From assembly GCA_022561055.1 (NCBI GenBank), contig JADFRY010000005.1, forward strand, positions 1-63,012: a stretch of DNA of 63,012 nucleotides. Direction: 5' to 3'. How positions within the stretch are numbered: the first letter of the stretch is position 1; every line of letters starts with the position of its first letter. This stretch comes from Nanobdellota archaeon. Its GTDB lineage: Archaea; Nanobdellota; Nanobdellia; Pacearchaeales; GW2011-AR1. The translations under genes and the position numbers were made by a program. Shown here piece by piece: positions 51,648 through 61,901 of the stretch. The notes under the pieces were generated by a model. The model was not told the origin of the DNA and did not search any database. It was given only the letters and a program-made list of their open reading frames with translations.

Positions 51648-52034
51648 ATGGCAGTTAATAATAGAATAGAATCATATAACTTTATTACAAATAGTATCAC
51701 ATCTGATTCAAATGGATTATTTGAAGCATATTCAGAAAATGATGTTATAGGTAGACTTAATGGAATTCAAGTATTTAATAATAATTTTACAGCAAATGGA
51801 AGTTTTCAATTATTTCTTTCAGGTAACAATGAACTCCTTTGGAGAAAAAATGGAATAGCAGGTGAAAGTGGAACATTTTATCCAAGAGAGTATGTAACAA
51901 ATAATGTTAATGATCAAATTAGTGGAACAGCAGTAGCAACAACACAAGCACTTATAGTCGGTAAATTAAGATTAGTCGGAAGTGGGTTAGGAGACTCAAA
52001 ATCTGGCATAGGAATTAGTATTTACTATGATTAG
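51648..52034 (+). CDS. Virion protein
   Basis: Position and composition. Confidence 0.45.
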   Translation: MAVNNRIESYNFITNSITSDSNGLFEAYSENDVIGRLNGIQVFNNNFTANGSFQLFLSGNNELLWRKNGIAGESGTFYPREYVTNNVNDQISGTAVATTQALIVGKLRLVGSGLGDSKSGIGISIYYD

Positions 52035-52043
52035 AGGTGTTAA

Positions 52044-52421
52044 ATGGCAGATACTTTAAGTACAATTGGAAGCATTAGCAATCATTTATTTACAATATTT
52101 CCAGATTTACCATCTGGTTTTAGTGGACTAGTTCTTTTAGAAATAGCAGACATGGCTAGACAACATGTTGCTAATTTTACAGGTCAAAATATCGGTAGTA
52201 ATGGAATTGGAGATAGTTTTCAATCAGCAATATTAGATTTTGCAAAAGCAGATTTAATAGATTTAATTAATGCACAACAAGGTGGAGAAGAAGTCAAATT
52301 AGGAGAATTATCATTTAAAGATACAGGAGAAGCTATAAGTGCTGAACAGTATCGTATGTTAGGTGAAATGAAACTAAACGCCCTTGGTAAAGACTACAAA
52401 GTAGTACAAGCACTAAGTTAA
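52044..52421 (+). CDS. Putative head-tail adaptor
   Basis: Helical with a VKLGELSF hairpin; synteny. Confidence 0.55.
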   Translation: MADTLSTIGSISNHLFTIFPDLPSGFSGLVLLEIADMARQHVANFTGQNIGSNGIGDSFQSAILDFAKADLIDLINAQQGGEEVKLGELSFKDTGEAISAEQYRMLGEMKLNALGKDYKVVQALS

Positions 52422-52425
52422 TTGA

Positions 52426-52863
52426 ATGAGTATAAAAATAAGATTACATGCTGCAAGAAGAAAAATAATTAATTTAGCTGGAGCACCAATAAGAATTCAA
52501 CGATTTACAAGTACAATTGGATCAGTTTATGATGATGATATCAGTTGGTCTCAAGCAGGAGGAGATTTGTGGACAAGTGGAATATTTTTCCCATTAAATA
52601 CTGGTAAAAATAGTTCAGATAGTATTCTAGTTGAACAAGGTAAATTAATTCACGACGATAAAAAATTATTTGTACATGGAAGTATACTTTTTACAGGTAG
52701 TGAAGAAACTGTTTCGATAAGAATAGGTAGTCCAGGAAATAATTCTGATAATCAGTTTAGTTTATTAGCTTTCAGTCAAAAATATGAAGTTCAAAACGAA
52801 GCAATATACAAACAAGTTTATATTAGATTAATTGGAGGTACTGGATCACTTTTAGGAGTATGA
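52426..52863 (+). CDS. Putative head closure protein
   Basis: Synteny; EQG..DKKLFV. Confidence 0.5.
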   Translation: MSIKIRLHAARRKIINLAGAPIRIQRFTSTIGSVYDDDISWSQAGGDLWTSGIFFPLNTGKNSSDSILVEQGKLIHDDKKLFVHGSILFTGSEETVSIRIGSPGNNSDNQFSLLAFSQKYEVQNEAIYKQVYIRLIGGTGSLLGV

Positions 52864-52977
52864 AATTAAAAAAAGGTAAAAAAGAGTTTGTAATTTTAGC
52901 ATTTATTTGTGTAGATAAAACTAAAAAAGAATTCAAAATATTTGATATAAGAAAATTAGAAGGATACACTTTAACAA

Positions 52978-53412
52978 ATGGTAAGAGTAGCTAGTTCTAG
53001 AGGTGGAGTTGTTCAAGTGGAAATTAAAGGAATTAATCGAGTTGTTAATCATTTAAGAATGAAAAATATTGCAGTAACCACTCAAGCAGAAATAGGATTA
53101 GTTCAAGCAGGAAATTTCGTACAACAAGAAGTTCAGGAGAGTATAATAGGTAATAGAGCAGAACCAAAAAGTGTAGATACCGGAAGATTAGGTAATAGTA
53201 TAGTCGCTGAACCAACAGGAAAAGGATTAGAAGGAATGAAAATATTTCCAGAACGATCTAATTATCCAGGAACTAGTCAAAACACACAAGATGTAGCTAA
53301 AGCTTTAGAATTTGGCACATCAAGAATAAGAGCAAGAAAACATTTTTTTAACACAAAATCAAGAACTAAAGATAAAGTAGTTAGAATTTTAAAAGGTAAA
53401 ATAAAAGTATAA
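52978..53412 (+). CDS. HK97 gp10-like neck/tail completion protein
   Basis: VDTGRLGNSI, LEFGTSRI.AR.HF. Confidence 0.85.
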   Translation: MVRVASSRGGVVQVEIKGINRVVNHLRMKNIAVTTQAEIGLVQAGNFVQQEVQESIIGNRAEPKSVDTGRLGNSIVAEPTGKGLEGMKIFPERSNYPGTSQNTQDVAKALEFGTSRIRARKHFFNTKSRTKDKVVRILKGKIKV

Positions 53413-53595
53413 TTAATTATTTGGATATTTCTTTATAAACCAAGCGATAAGTATACCAAGTCCTCCAAATAGTACTCCAGCAATCCATGCTTGTGTAGAA
53501 AAACTAATTAATGAAATAAACATTAATATTATTGCTATACTCCAAATCATATTTCTACCGAATTGATTTTGGAATTGAGTTAGACTATTTACCAT
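53413..53595 (-). CDS. Small two-TM membrane protein, antisense within the tail module
   Basis: Two hydrophobic helices; minus-strand AACATTTATAAAC with the TATA box 29 nt before the ATG. Confidence 0.65.
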   Translation of the reverse strand: MVNSLTQFQNQFGRNMIWSIAIILMFISLISFSTQAWIAGVLFGGLGILIAWFIKKYPNN

Positions 53596-53721
53596 GATAT
53601 ATCAATAAAGTTATAGTTTATAAATGTTATGTTTATTATATATTTTATTAATCAATGTTTATTAATTAATTCTCTTATTTAGATTAGAACAAGCGAGTTC
53701 AAATAACATTCAAGCGAGAAT

Positions 53722-54174
53722 ATGGTAAATAAAGATACATTACTAGCAGATATATTGTACTTCATAAAGAACGATCTAATTAATAACATTACCGATCCTA
53801 TTTCTAGTAAAAGAAGTTCTAAATCTAAATTTGTATTAACATCTTATCCAAATAGACCAGTAGATTATCCAATTATTACAATTAAAGCAATAAACATAGA
53901 AGCAGTTAGAAGCGGAATGCAAACAACTGCTCAAGATACTACAATTACTCTTGAAATTCGTGTTTGGGCTCGTAACGAAAAAGAAAAAGATGGACTATAT
54001 GATGATGTAATGGATAGACTTTTTAATATACAATTTACAAATAGCGGAAGCACAGAAAACGCTTTACATGATTTAACAACAAATAATCCAACCGAAATAG
54101 ACGAAGAAGGAGAATCAGGCGGACAAGTAATTAAATCAAGATTAGTAAATATTCAATATAAATTTTGGAATTAA
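53722..54174 (+). CDS. Putative tail terminator
   Basis: YP..YPIITI, LEIRVWAR; synteny. Confidence 0.6.
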   Translation: MVNKDTLLADILYFIKNDLINNITDPISSKRSSKSKFVLTSYPNRPVDYPIITIKAINIEAVRSGMQTTAQDTTITLEIRVWARNEKEKDGLYDDVMDRLFNIQFTNSGSTENALHDLTTNNPTEIDEEGESGGQVIKSRLVNIQYKFWN

Positions 54175-54404
54175 AATGACAAGGAGGTAATATGGTAACA
54201 GAATGTACAGACCCAAACGGACACAGATGGCATTTCATTAGTTTCACTCAAAGAAACAGAAGAGTATATACGGATATACCAGCAAAAGGAGTAACAGAAG
54301 TTAGTATAGTAGAAGAGCCAGAAAGATTTGCTAAATTTGTCTGTGAAAATTGTGGTGAAATTAAAGATATTTTAGTTGATAAAACTAAAATTAAGGAGAT
54401 TTAA

Positions 54405-55622
54405 ATGCCAAATAATTTAAATAGTGTTGATTTTAACTTAGACCATATCTTTCAACATGACGGCATTTCTTCAACTTTAACAGGAAGTTTTGCTAGTCCT
54501 GATGTTTTTCCTATGGGATTAACAATAGACGAGAATGGAAACTTAAATAGTACTGACCTTACCGCAGACCATATCTTTCAACATGACGGCATTTCTTCAA
54601 CTTTAACAGGAAGTTTTGCTAATCCTGCTGGTAATCCAAGAGACATGACAATAGACGAGAATGGAAACTTAAATAGTACTGACGCATCAGTAGGATTTAT
54701 CTTTCAACATTCTGGAATAAGTCCAACTCTTTTAGGAAGTTTTGCTAGTCCTGATGGTCTTCCAGAAGGATTAACTTATGATGGTAGTAATTTAATCAGT
54801 ACCGGTACTTCAGCAGACCATATCTTTCAACATTCTGGAATAAGTCCAACTCTTTTAGGAAGTTTTGCTACTCCGAAAACTACTGCAAGAGGATTAGGAT
54901 ATGATAATCCAAATTTAATTAGTAGTGATGATGATTTTAATTTTATCTTTCAACATTCTGGAATAAGTCCAACTCTTTTAGGAAGTTTTGCTAGTCCATC
55001 AAGTCGTCCAGCTGGAATTACTATAGAAATAGTTGGTCCAACAACACATACAATATCAGTATCAGATACGTTAAGTTTAACAGATACATTTACAAGAGGA
55101 ACATGGACATTAGCTAGAAGTTTTACTGAAACACTTTCTATTTCAGACAGTATAGCAATATTTCCGACGAGAACAAGAAAGATAATAAGAGACACGCTTT
55201 CATTCATAAAAACTGATTTATTAAACAACATAACAGACCCAGCAAGTTCAAGTAGACCAAGTAACTCTAGATTCATAATGTCAAGCTATCCAACTCGATC
55301 AATACATTATCCATTAGTCACAATCAAAGTAACAAATATAAATGTAATCAGAACAGGAAGTCAAAGCAACGTACAAGACGTTTTATTAAATTTAGAAATA
55401 AGAATCTGGGCTCGTAACGAAAAAGAAAAAGACGAAATATACACAGATATAATAAACAGATTAAATGATATACAATTAACAGGTAAAGGTAGCATAGGAA
55501 ATAATTTACATGATTTTAACGTATTAAGCTCAGTTGAAGTAGACGAAGAAGGAGAAAGTGGAGGACAAATAATTAAAAGTAGGATATTACAATGTCAATA
55601 TTCATTTTATAATATTTTATAG
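54405..55622 (+). CDS. Five-repeat beta-propeller-like domain fused to a second tail-terminator copy
   Basis: 41-42 aa repeats IFQH.GIS.TL.GSFA; the C-terminus aligns with 53722..54174. Confidence 0.7.
   Translation: MPNNLNSVDFNLDHIFQHDGISSTLTGSFASPDVFPMGLTIDENGNLNSTDLTADHIFQHDGISSTLTGSFANPAGNPRDMTIDENGNLNSTDASVGFIFQHSGISPTLLGSFASPDGLPEGLTYDGSNLISTGTSADHIFQHSGISPTLLGSFATPKTTARGLGYDNPNLISSDDDFNFIFQHSGISPTLLGSFASPSSRPAGITIEIVGPTTHTISVSDTLSLTDTFTRGTWTLARSFTETLSISDSIAIFPTRTRKIIRDTLSFIKTDLLNNITDPASSSRPSNSRFIMSSYPTRSIHYPLVTIKVTNINVIRTGSQSNVQDVLLNLEIRIWARNEKEKDEIYTDIINRLNDIQLTGKGSIGNNLHDFNVLSSVEVDEEGESGGQIIKSRILQCQYSFYNIL
54441..55020 (+). repeat. Five coding tandem repeats (periods 126, 126, 123, 123 nt)
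   Basis: ATCTTTCAACAT at 54447, 54573, 54699, 54822 and 54945. Confidence 0.9.
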
Positions 55623-55631
55623 GAGGTAAAA

Positions 55632-56081
55632 ATGAAATTTAAAGAAAAAACAAAGATTACAGGAAGAGTAAGAATTGAAAATGTAACAACTGGAGAAATA
55701 AGAGAAGTAAATAACTCTTTAGTAAACATAGGATTTGATACATTAAGTGCATTAACATTATCTGATGTTGGTGGAACAGCATTTGATTTTTTAGCATTAG
55801 GAACAGGAAGTTCTACTATTATAGCAACAAATACTTTACTTGATACAGAAACTCTTAGAATTGCATCAACTGGCACACAACAAACTACTAACGTAGCAAA
55901 CGATACTGCTAGATTTATTGGAAGTTTCACTGGAGATACAACTGAAACAATAAACGAAATAGGTATTTTTAATATTACTACAGCAAATACAGGAAGTATG
56001 TTAGCAAGAGCAGTGTTTGCAGACTTGAATGTAATTACAAACGATAAAATTAATGTAACATATAATATTGTTTTTGCATAA
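55632..56081 (+). CDS. Tail-associated protein (paralog of 61539..61901)
   Basis: ALGTGS..L..E..R..EIGIF..MLAR. Confidence 0.6.
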   Translation: MKFKEKTKITGRVRIENVTTGEIREVNNSLVNIGFDTLSALTLSDVGGTAFDFLALGTGSSTIIATNTLLDTETLRIASTGTQQTTNVANDTARFIGSFTGDTTETINEIGIFNITTANTGSMLARAVFADLNVITNDKINVTYNIVFA

Positions 56082-56121
56082 TTAAATTCATTTTATAATC
56101 AATAATTAAAAGGAGGAAAAC

Positions 56122-57129
56122 ATGGCAAGATATATAAGTGATCAAAATAAAGTTTTAGGTATTCATGAGTCTGGAACATATGCATTTACATCAGGTAATG
56201 CTTTCTGGATAGGACAAGTTACAGATCATACAGTAGACGATGCAGAGAATGTGTTAATTAATAGATTCTTAGGAACAGCAGATAGAAATTTAGACAAATT
56301 TGACAGCGGTCCAAGAGATGTTACAGGAACAATAACATACAAACCACAAAATATGAGGTTAGTATTTTTTGGAATTGGTTCAGTAAATGATGTCTCTGGA
56401 ACACAAGCAAGACATATTGTAACAGAAATTAATACAGATGTTCCACAAAACGCATTTACATCTGAAGGACCTGTTAGTTTTACTATCGAGGATTCAAAGC
56501 AATCTCCTGGAACAGGAAGAAATTTCATTAGAACTATTATAGGAGCAGTACCAAATGTAACTACAATAACAGCAACACAAGGTGAAAAAGTTGAAGTTAC
56601 TATAGATTATATTGCACAAAGTCTTCAAGCAAGTTCTGGAACAACAACAACTCTTATAGAAAATACAAGTGATCCATTTTTATGGAGTGAAGCTAAACTT
56701 AGTATTGGAGTTGGAGCAAATGTTGGTAGTGTATTAGATACAGCAAAAACAGTTAGTCTTGAAATTAATCAGAATAGAACTGGTCCACATTATTTGAATG
56801 GTAGTAGAGTAATTGGCATTCCATTTAATGGAAATAGAGAGTATACTTTATCTGTTGATTTAGATTTAGATGGAACAGATGCAGATATGTTGTATAATAA
56901 TTTTTACAAAGATGGAAATGAATTTCACGCAGAATTTGATATAGATGGGGATACAACAACAGGAAGCAAACATGTATTGTTTGTAATGAGTGGATGTAGA
57001 ATTATTTCAATGGATAATCCAAGTGCATTAGAAGGTACAACGGAAACTACAATAGAAATAAAACCAACAACTTTATCAGCAGAAGCTTGGGAAATCGGTG
57101 TAGAAGACGGTATATATAACATTTTTTAA
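56122..57129 (+). CDS. Major tail tube protein
   Basis: Synteny before chaperone and TMP; SFTIE, G.REYTLS. Confidence 0.75.
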   Translation: MARYISDQNKVLGIHESGTYAFTSGNAFWIGQVTDHTVDDAENVLINRFLGTADRNLDKFDSGPRDVTGTITYKPQNMRLVFFGIGSVNDVSGTQARHIVTEINTDVPQNAFTSEGPVSFTIEDSKQSPGTGRNFIRTIIGAVPNVTTITATQGEKVEVTIDYIAQSLQASSGTTTTLIENTSDPFLWSEAKLSIGVGANVGSVLDTAKTVSLEINQNRTGPHYLNGSRVIGIPFNGNREYTLSVDLDLDGTDADMLYNNFYKDGNEFHAEFDIDGDTTTGSKHVLFVMSGCRIISMDNPSALEGTTETTIEIKPTTLSAEAWEIGVEDGIYNIF

Positions 57130-57156
57130 TTTTAATTAAAATTAGAAGGAGGTTAA

Positions 57157-57399
57157 ATGGAAAAAGAAATAGTTGTAAATGGAAAAACTTACAATCTGAA
57201 AGAACTTAAGTACAAAGATGTAGCAGCGCTTGGACAAATCAACCAAGAAGAGTCTGCGAAAAAATTATTAATTCTTTCTACTGGAGTAACAGAAGAAGAA
57301 TATAACGATTTAAGTATGAGAGATGGAATTGAAATCCAAAAGGCAATTAATGAACTTAATGGTTTTGGAGAAGATTTTCAGAAGCCTCTGACCAAGTAA
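57157..57399 (+). CDS. Tail assembly chaperone
   Basis: Small acidic ORF between tube and TMP. Confidence 0.7.
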   Translation: MEKEIVVNGKTYNLKELKYKDVAALGQINQEESAKKLLILSTGVTEEEYNDLSMRDGIEIQKAINELNGFGEDFQKPLTK

Positions 57400-57548
57400 T
57401 AAACGAATTAACAGTTTGTGATCAATTTAAATGGACACTTGATTATTTAAGAAATTTAAATGTAAGTGACTATATGGCAATTATAAGATATATGAAAAGA
57501 TTAGAGGCAGATCATAAAAAGGCCATGAGAAAAGCTAAAAGAAAATAA
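57372..57548 (+). CDS. -1 frameshift extension of the tail chaperone (gpGT-like)
   Basis: The -1 frame is open from A-GAT-TTT-C to a TAA overlapping the TMP ATG. Confidence 0.6.
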   Translation, partial: RFSEASDQVINELTVCDQFKWTLDYLRNLNVSDYMAIIRYMKRLEADHKKAMRKAKRK

Positions 57549-59296
57549 TGGTAGCATTCGGACAAAACGTAGTTGAAATAGTAATAAGAGCAAGAGATAG
57601 ATTTAGTAAAACTTTTAGTAAAGCACGATTATCTATGGAAAGTTTCAGAAAATCAGCTTTGGGTATGGCTGCAGTAGGAACTGTTATAGCGATAGGTTTC
57701 GCTAAAGCAATTAAAACTTCTATTGCTTTTGAGAGTGCATTTACAGGAGTAAGAAAAACAGTAGAATTATCTGAAAAAGGATTTGCAGAATTAGAACAAA
57801 GATTTAAAACTCTTTCCACAGAAACTGGAACTACTTTCGTTGAGTTATCTCGTATTGGAGAACTAGCTGGACAATTAGGTGTTTCAGGAGTAGAAAATTT
57901 ATCAAAATTCACACGAGTTATTGCTGATATTGCAGTAACAACTAATCTAACTGCAGAGGAAGCAGCAACAAGCTTTGCAAGAATAGCAAATGTAATGAAT
58001 GAACCTTTAGAAAATATAGATCGTATGGGTGCTACAGTTGTAGATTTAGGTAACAATTTTGCTACAACAGAGGCAGAAATTGCTACTTTTGGTCAAAGAA
58101 TTTCTGGTGCTGGTAGAATAGTTGGATTTACAACTGCAGATGTTTTCGCAATAGGAACAGCTTTAAGTTCGGTTGGTGTTCAAGCTGAAGCAGGTGGAAC
58201 TGCCGTTCAAATGGGTTTATTAAAAATAAATGCAGCTGTTATTGATGGTGGATCAAAATTAAGAATATTTGCTAAAACTGCAGGATTAACTTCTGAAGAA
58301 TTTGCTGAAATGTGGGAAACAGATGCATCAGGAGCATTTGAAAAATTCATATTAGGTTTAGGAACACAAGGCGATAAAGCACAAACAACTTTAAAAGCTG
58401 TTGGATTAGGAAGTGTAAGAGCTACAAGAGCGTTTCTATCATTATCAAATGCAGGTGATTTAATAACAAGAGCGTTAAAAACTTCAGAAGAAGCTTGGGA
58501 AGCGAATACTGCACTTACAGATGAAGCACAAAAAAGATATGCAACATTAGAAAGACAAATAGCAAAAGCAAAAGCAGAATTTGCTATATTAGGAGACGAA
58601 ATAGGAGATATTTTAGCTCCAATTCTTAAAAGTTTAATACCTATTATCAAAAAGGTAATAGAATTTATTAAAAATTTACCAGGACCAGTAAAACAAGCAA
58701 TTCTTGTTTTTGGAGCAGTTACCGTAGCAGTTACATTATTAGCAGGAGCAATAGCATTAGTTACATTAGTAGCATCTCCTTGGTTATTAATTATAGGAGC
58801 AATTATTATAGCAATATCATTGATAGTTATAGCAATAATTAATTGGAAAAGAATACTTATCACTTTAGTAGAAGCAGTGTTAAAAGCAGCTACCTTTCTG
58901 GATAAATCTTGGCAATTAATTAAAGATGGGTTTGTTGTTGCCTTTGAAACAATGAAAAATACAGCATTCAAGGTTTGGAATTCTATTGTAGATTTTATTG
59001 GTGGAAAAATACAAAAGGTAATAGATTTTATCAATACTTTAATTAGAGCTGCAAATTTAGTGGCAGGTGTAAATATTTCACTAATTCCTAATCTTGATTT
59101 AAGTGGAATTAGAGGACAATTAACAGATATTCCTTCTTTACAATCTAGATTAAATATTGAAAGAGAAACAAGAGCTAGACAATTTGGTCAGGTAGTAAAT
59201 CAAACAATAATTAATATAGAAAACAATATAGGATTAGATCCAGATGATGTTGCAGAAGCATTACAAACTAAAATGAAAAATATAACACCAATATGA
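57548..59296 (+). CDS. Tail tape measure protein (TP901-like)
   Basis: FESAFTGVRKT, AGQLG, LGNNFATTE, AEAGGTA. Confidence 0.92.
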   Translation: MVAFGQNVVEIVIRARDRFSKTFSKARLSMESFRKSALGMAAVGTVIAIGFAKAIKTSIAFESAFTGVRKTVELSEKGFAELEQRFKTLSTETGTTFVELSRIGELAGQLGVSGVENLSKFTRVIADIAVTTNLTAEEAATSFARIANVMNEPLENIDRMGATVVDLGNNFATTEAEIATFGQRISGAGRIVGFTTADVFAIGTALSSVGVQAEAGGTAVQMGLLKINAAVIDGGSKLRIFAKTAGLTSEEFAEMWETDASGAFEKFILGLGTQGDKAQTTLKAVGLGSVRATRAFLSLSNAGDLITRALKTSEEAWEANTALTDEAQKRYATLERQIAKAKAEFAILGDEIGDILAPILKSLIPIIKKVIEFIKNLPGPVKQAILVFGAVTVAVTLLAGAIALVTLVASPWLLIIGAIIIAISLIVIAIINWKRILITLVEAVLKAATFLDKSWQLIKDGFVVAFETMKNTAFKVWNSIVDFIGGKIQKVIDFINTLIRAANLVAGVNISLIPNLDLSGIRGQLTDIPSLQSRLNIERETRARQFGQVVNQTIINIENNIGLDPDDVAEALQTKMKNITPI

Positions 59297-61539
59297 TAAA
59301 TACACAACTAAATATAAGCGGAATAGTTATTCCAGATTTTTATAATTTGAGAGTTAAAAAAACTATAAGTGAAAGTAATCCCTCTAGTAATTTTCAAGTT
59401 AATGTGGAAAATATAGCGGGAAGACATTCAGGTGATTTTACGATAGGAGACGAAATTAAAATTTTCTCTGATAATCAAGAATTAAGTTTAATTAGTCATT
59501 ATAAAATGAATGATAATCTTGCAACTACTGTTGTTATTGATGATGGAGTAGGAAATAATAATGGAACTTTAAATGGTGGAGAGAATACATCAGATAAAAG
59601 TATAACAGGAAAAATAAATAATGCATTTCTTTTGAATGGTACGGATGATTTTATTGATATTGATGATGTTTTAACAAATGATTTGTCTAAAACTACAGTA
59701 GGAACTTGGGTAGTTTGGGTAAGACCTGTTGATGCTACTCCTACTGCTGCAGAGAATTTATTCAATTTTGGGGATACAGATGGTAACGAAGTTATGAATC
59801 TGCAAATTACATCGGCTAGTTTACTTTTAGCATTTACAAGAGATGAAGGAGTCAATCAGTGGATTCTTGATACAGATAATGCTGTTTTTTCAGATAATGT
59901 TTGGACACATGTGGCTCTTGTTCAAGATGGAACAGAACCAATTTTATACATAGATGGCGTTGCCGTTGCACAGACATTTTCATCCTCAACAGATAAGACT
60001 AAGTGGTTTAATGATATAGAAGGTTTAGACAATGGGCGTATAGGAGCTCGTAATTTTAATAATGGTGGAAACACACAACATTTCAATGGTCGAATAGACG
60101 ATGTAAGGATTTATAATACTGCATTAACGTCAGCACAAATTACAGATATTTATAATAATGGTAATGGAACAGAAGAAAATCAAATCATTTTTACTGGAAT
60201 TCTTGAAAATATAGATTTTAAAGGGAAAGAAACAAAAGAAAGAATTAATATAACAGGAAGAGATTTTACTTCAAGATTACAAGATAGAACAGTCGAACCA
60301 GAAGTATATTCAAATTTACCTGCAGGAAGTATTGTAAAAGATATAATAAATAAATATACTGATGATATTACAGTTATTAATGTAGATGACTCTCCTACTA
60401 CAATTGAAAGAATATCTTTTAATCACACTCCAGTATATGATGCCGTTAAAGAATTAGCAGATTTAGCTACTTATAATTTTTACGTTGATGTAAATAAAGA
60501 TTTACGTTTTAAAGAAAAATCAACAACAAGTTCAAATTTAACTTTTGATTCTGGAAATGTATTAAATTCATCATTTAAAGAAGAAAGAGATAGTGTATTT
60601 AATGAAATTTGGGTTTACGGCGATAGATATTTAGATAATTTTCAAGAATCTTTTACCGGAGATGGAGTAGGAAGTGTATTCACATTAATTTATAAACCAC
60701 ATAATACAGAAATAACAGATGATGGAGAAATACAAAAAGGTGGAGTCTTTGGAATGGGTGTAGTTACTTCTGGTGTTAATTATTTAGTTAATTTTTTCGA
60801 TAGACAAATTGTTTTTATATCAGGAACAGAAATAGGATATAACGATATTCCTGGAAACGGAAGTGTAGTAGTAGTTAAATATGATAGAAGTCTTCCGATT
60901 GTAAAAGTTGGTACTAATCAAACAAGTATAGATATTTATGGAAAAAGAGTGAAAAAAATAACAGACAGAGAAATTAAGGATCCAGTAACAGCCACAAAAT
61001 TAGTAACAACAAAACTTAACGAATTATCTATTCCTAAAAAACAAGGTAAATTAAAAGTGAAAAATGTAATTGATGTAACTCCTGGAGAAACCTGCATAGT
61101 GAATTTGCCTTGGGAAGATGTAAATAATCAAACATATGATATCATAGAAGCAATCTATGATTTCAACAAACCTAGTAATTTATCTGAATCAGTATTAACA
61201 GTTACAGTAAATAAAAAAATATTCGATGTAACCGATCGATTAAAAGAATTTGATCAAAGATTAAGAAAAATTGAAGCACAAGATGTAGATCCATTAGATA
61301 TTATAACAAGATTAGAATTTACAACTGGTAGTATGGGATTGAGAACAAGTGGAATATTTGTATCGACTGCTACTGTTACTGGAAGCGTTTCTCATTTATA
61401 TGACACAAATTTTACTCCATCAGTTAATCCATTCAATTTAGCAAGTGGAACAGATCAAGGTTTATTAGCTGGCTCTTTTACAGGTAGTGCATCAGCCTTT
61501 TCAGCATTTTCAATTAAATTTTCAGGAGGATTTGTATAA
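59293..61539 (+). CDS. Baseplate hub/tail-tip protein with an inserted LamG domain
   Basis: WTHVALV, FNGRIDDVRIYNTAL; hub-like flanks. Confidence 0.75.
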   Translation: MINTQLNISGIVIPDFYNLRVKKTISESNPSSNFQVNVENIAGRHSGDFTIGDEIKIFSDNQELSLISHYKMNDNLATTVVIDDGVGNNNGTLNGGENTSDKSITGKINNAFLLNGTDDFIDIDDVLTNDLSKTTVGTWVVWVRPVDATPTAAENLFNFGDTDGNEVMNLQITSASLLLAFTRDEGVNQWILDTDNAVFSDNVWTHVALVQDGTEPILYIDGVAVAQTFSSSTDKTKWFNDIEGLDNGRIGARNFNNGGNTQHFNGRIDDVRIYNTALTSAQITDIYNNGNGTEENQIIFTGILENIDFKGKETKERINITGRDFTSRLQDRTVEPEVYSNLPAGSIVKDIINKYTDDITVINVDDSPTTIERISFNHTPVYDAVKELADLATYNFYVDVNKDLRFKEKSTTSSNLTFDSGNVLNSSFKEERDSVFNEIWVYGDRYLDNFQESFTGDGVGSVFTLIYKPHNTEITDDGEIQKGGVFGMGVVTSGVNYLVNFFDRQIVFISGTEIGYNDIPGNGSVVVVKYDRSLPIVKVGTNQTSIDIYGKRVKKITDREIKDPVTATKLVTTKLNELSIPKKQGKLKVKNVIDVTPGETCIVNLPWEDVNNQTYDIIEAIYDFNKPSNLSESVLTVTVNKKIFDVTDRLKEFDQRLRKIEAQDVDPLDIITRLEFTTGSMGLRTSGIFVSTATVTGSVSHLYDTNFTPSVNPFNLASGTDQGLLAGSFTGSASAFSAFSIKFSGGFV

Positions 61540-61901
61540 TGGTATTTTTAGATCACGCAAAAAATCAATTAACTTTATTAATGGGGGGAAGTACCACTGG
61601 TTCAGTTGGACAAATATTAATAGGAACAGGCAGTGCAACTATATCAGCATCAAGAACAGAATTAACAACTGCTAATGATAGACAAACCGTAACTTCAATT
61701 ACTTTTCCAGCGCAAAAAAAAGTAAGTTGGCAATTTGACTGGAATAGTTTAGAAATATCTGGAACTATTTTAAGTGAATTTGGTTTAATTAAGTCTGGAG
61801 GAGGACTAACTGGATCATTACATTCACTAAATGTAATGCCTAATTTAACTTTTGATGGAACAAATGAATTAAGAATAGAATTTAATGGAGAAGTATTTTA
61901 A
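61539..61901 (+). CDS. Tail-associated protein
   Basis: IGTGS..EL..DR..EFGL. Confidence 0.55.
   Translation: MVFLDHAKNQLTLLMGGSTTGSVGQILIGTGSATISASRTELTTANDRQTVTSITFPAQKKVSWQFDWNSLEISGTILSEFGLIKSGGGLTGSLHSLNVMPNLTFDGTNELRIEFNGEVF

Noticed and set aside
54441-55020. CRISPR array or DGR template/variable repeats
   Set aside because: The repeats are in frame, encode protein repeats and have similar intervening segments; no cas or reverse transcriptase gene is present, and the differences are not adenine-specific.
58207-59034. 275-aa minus-strand ORF and the other antisense ORFs in the track
   Set aside because: They shadow well-supported + strand genes and lack motifs or expression signals.
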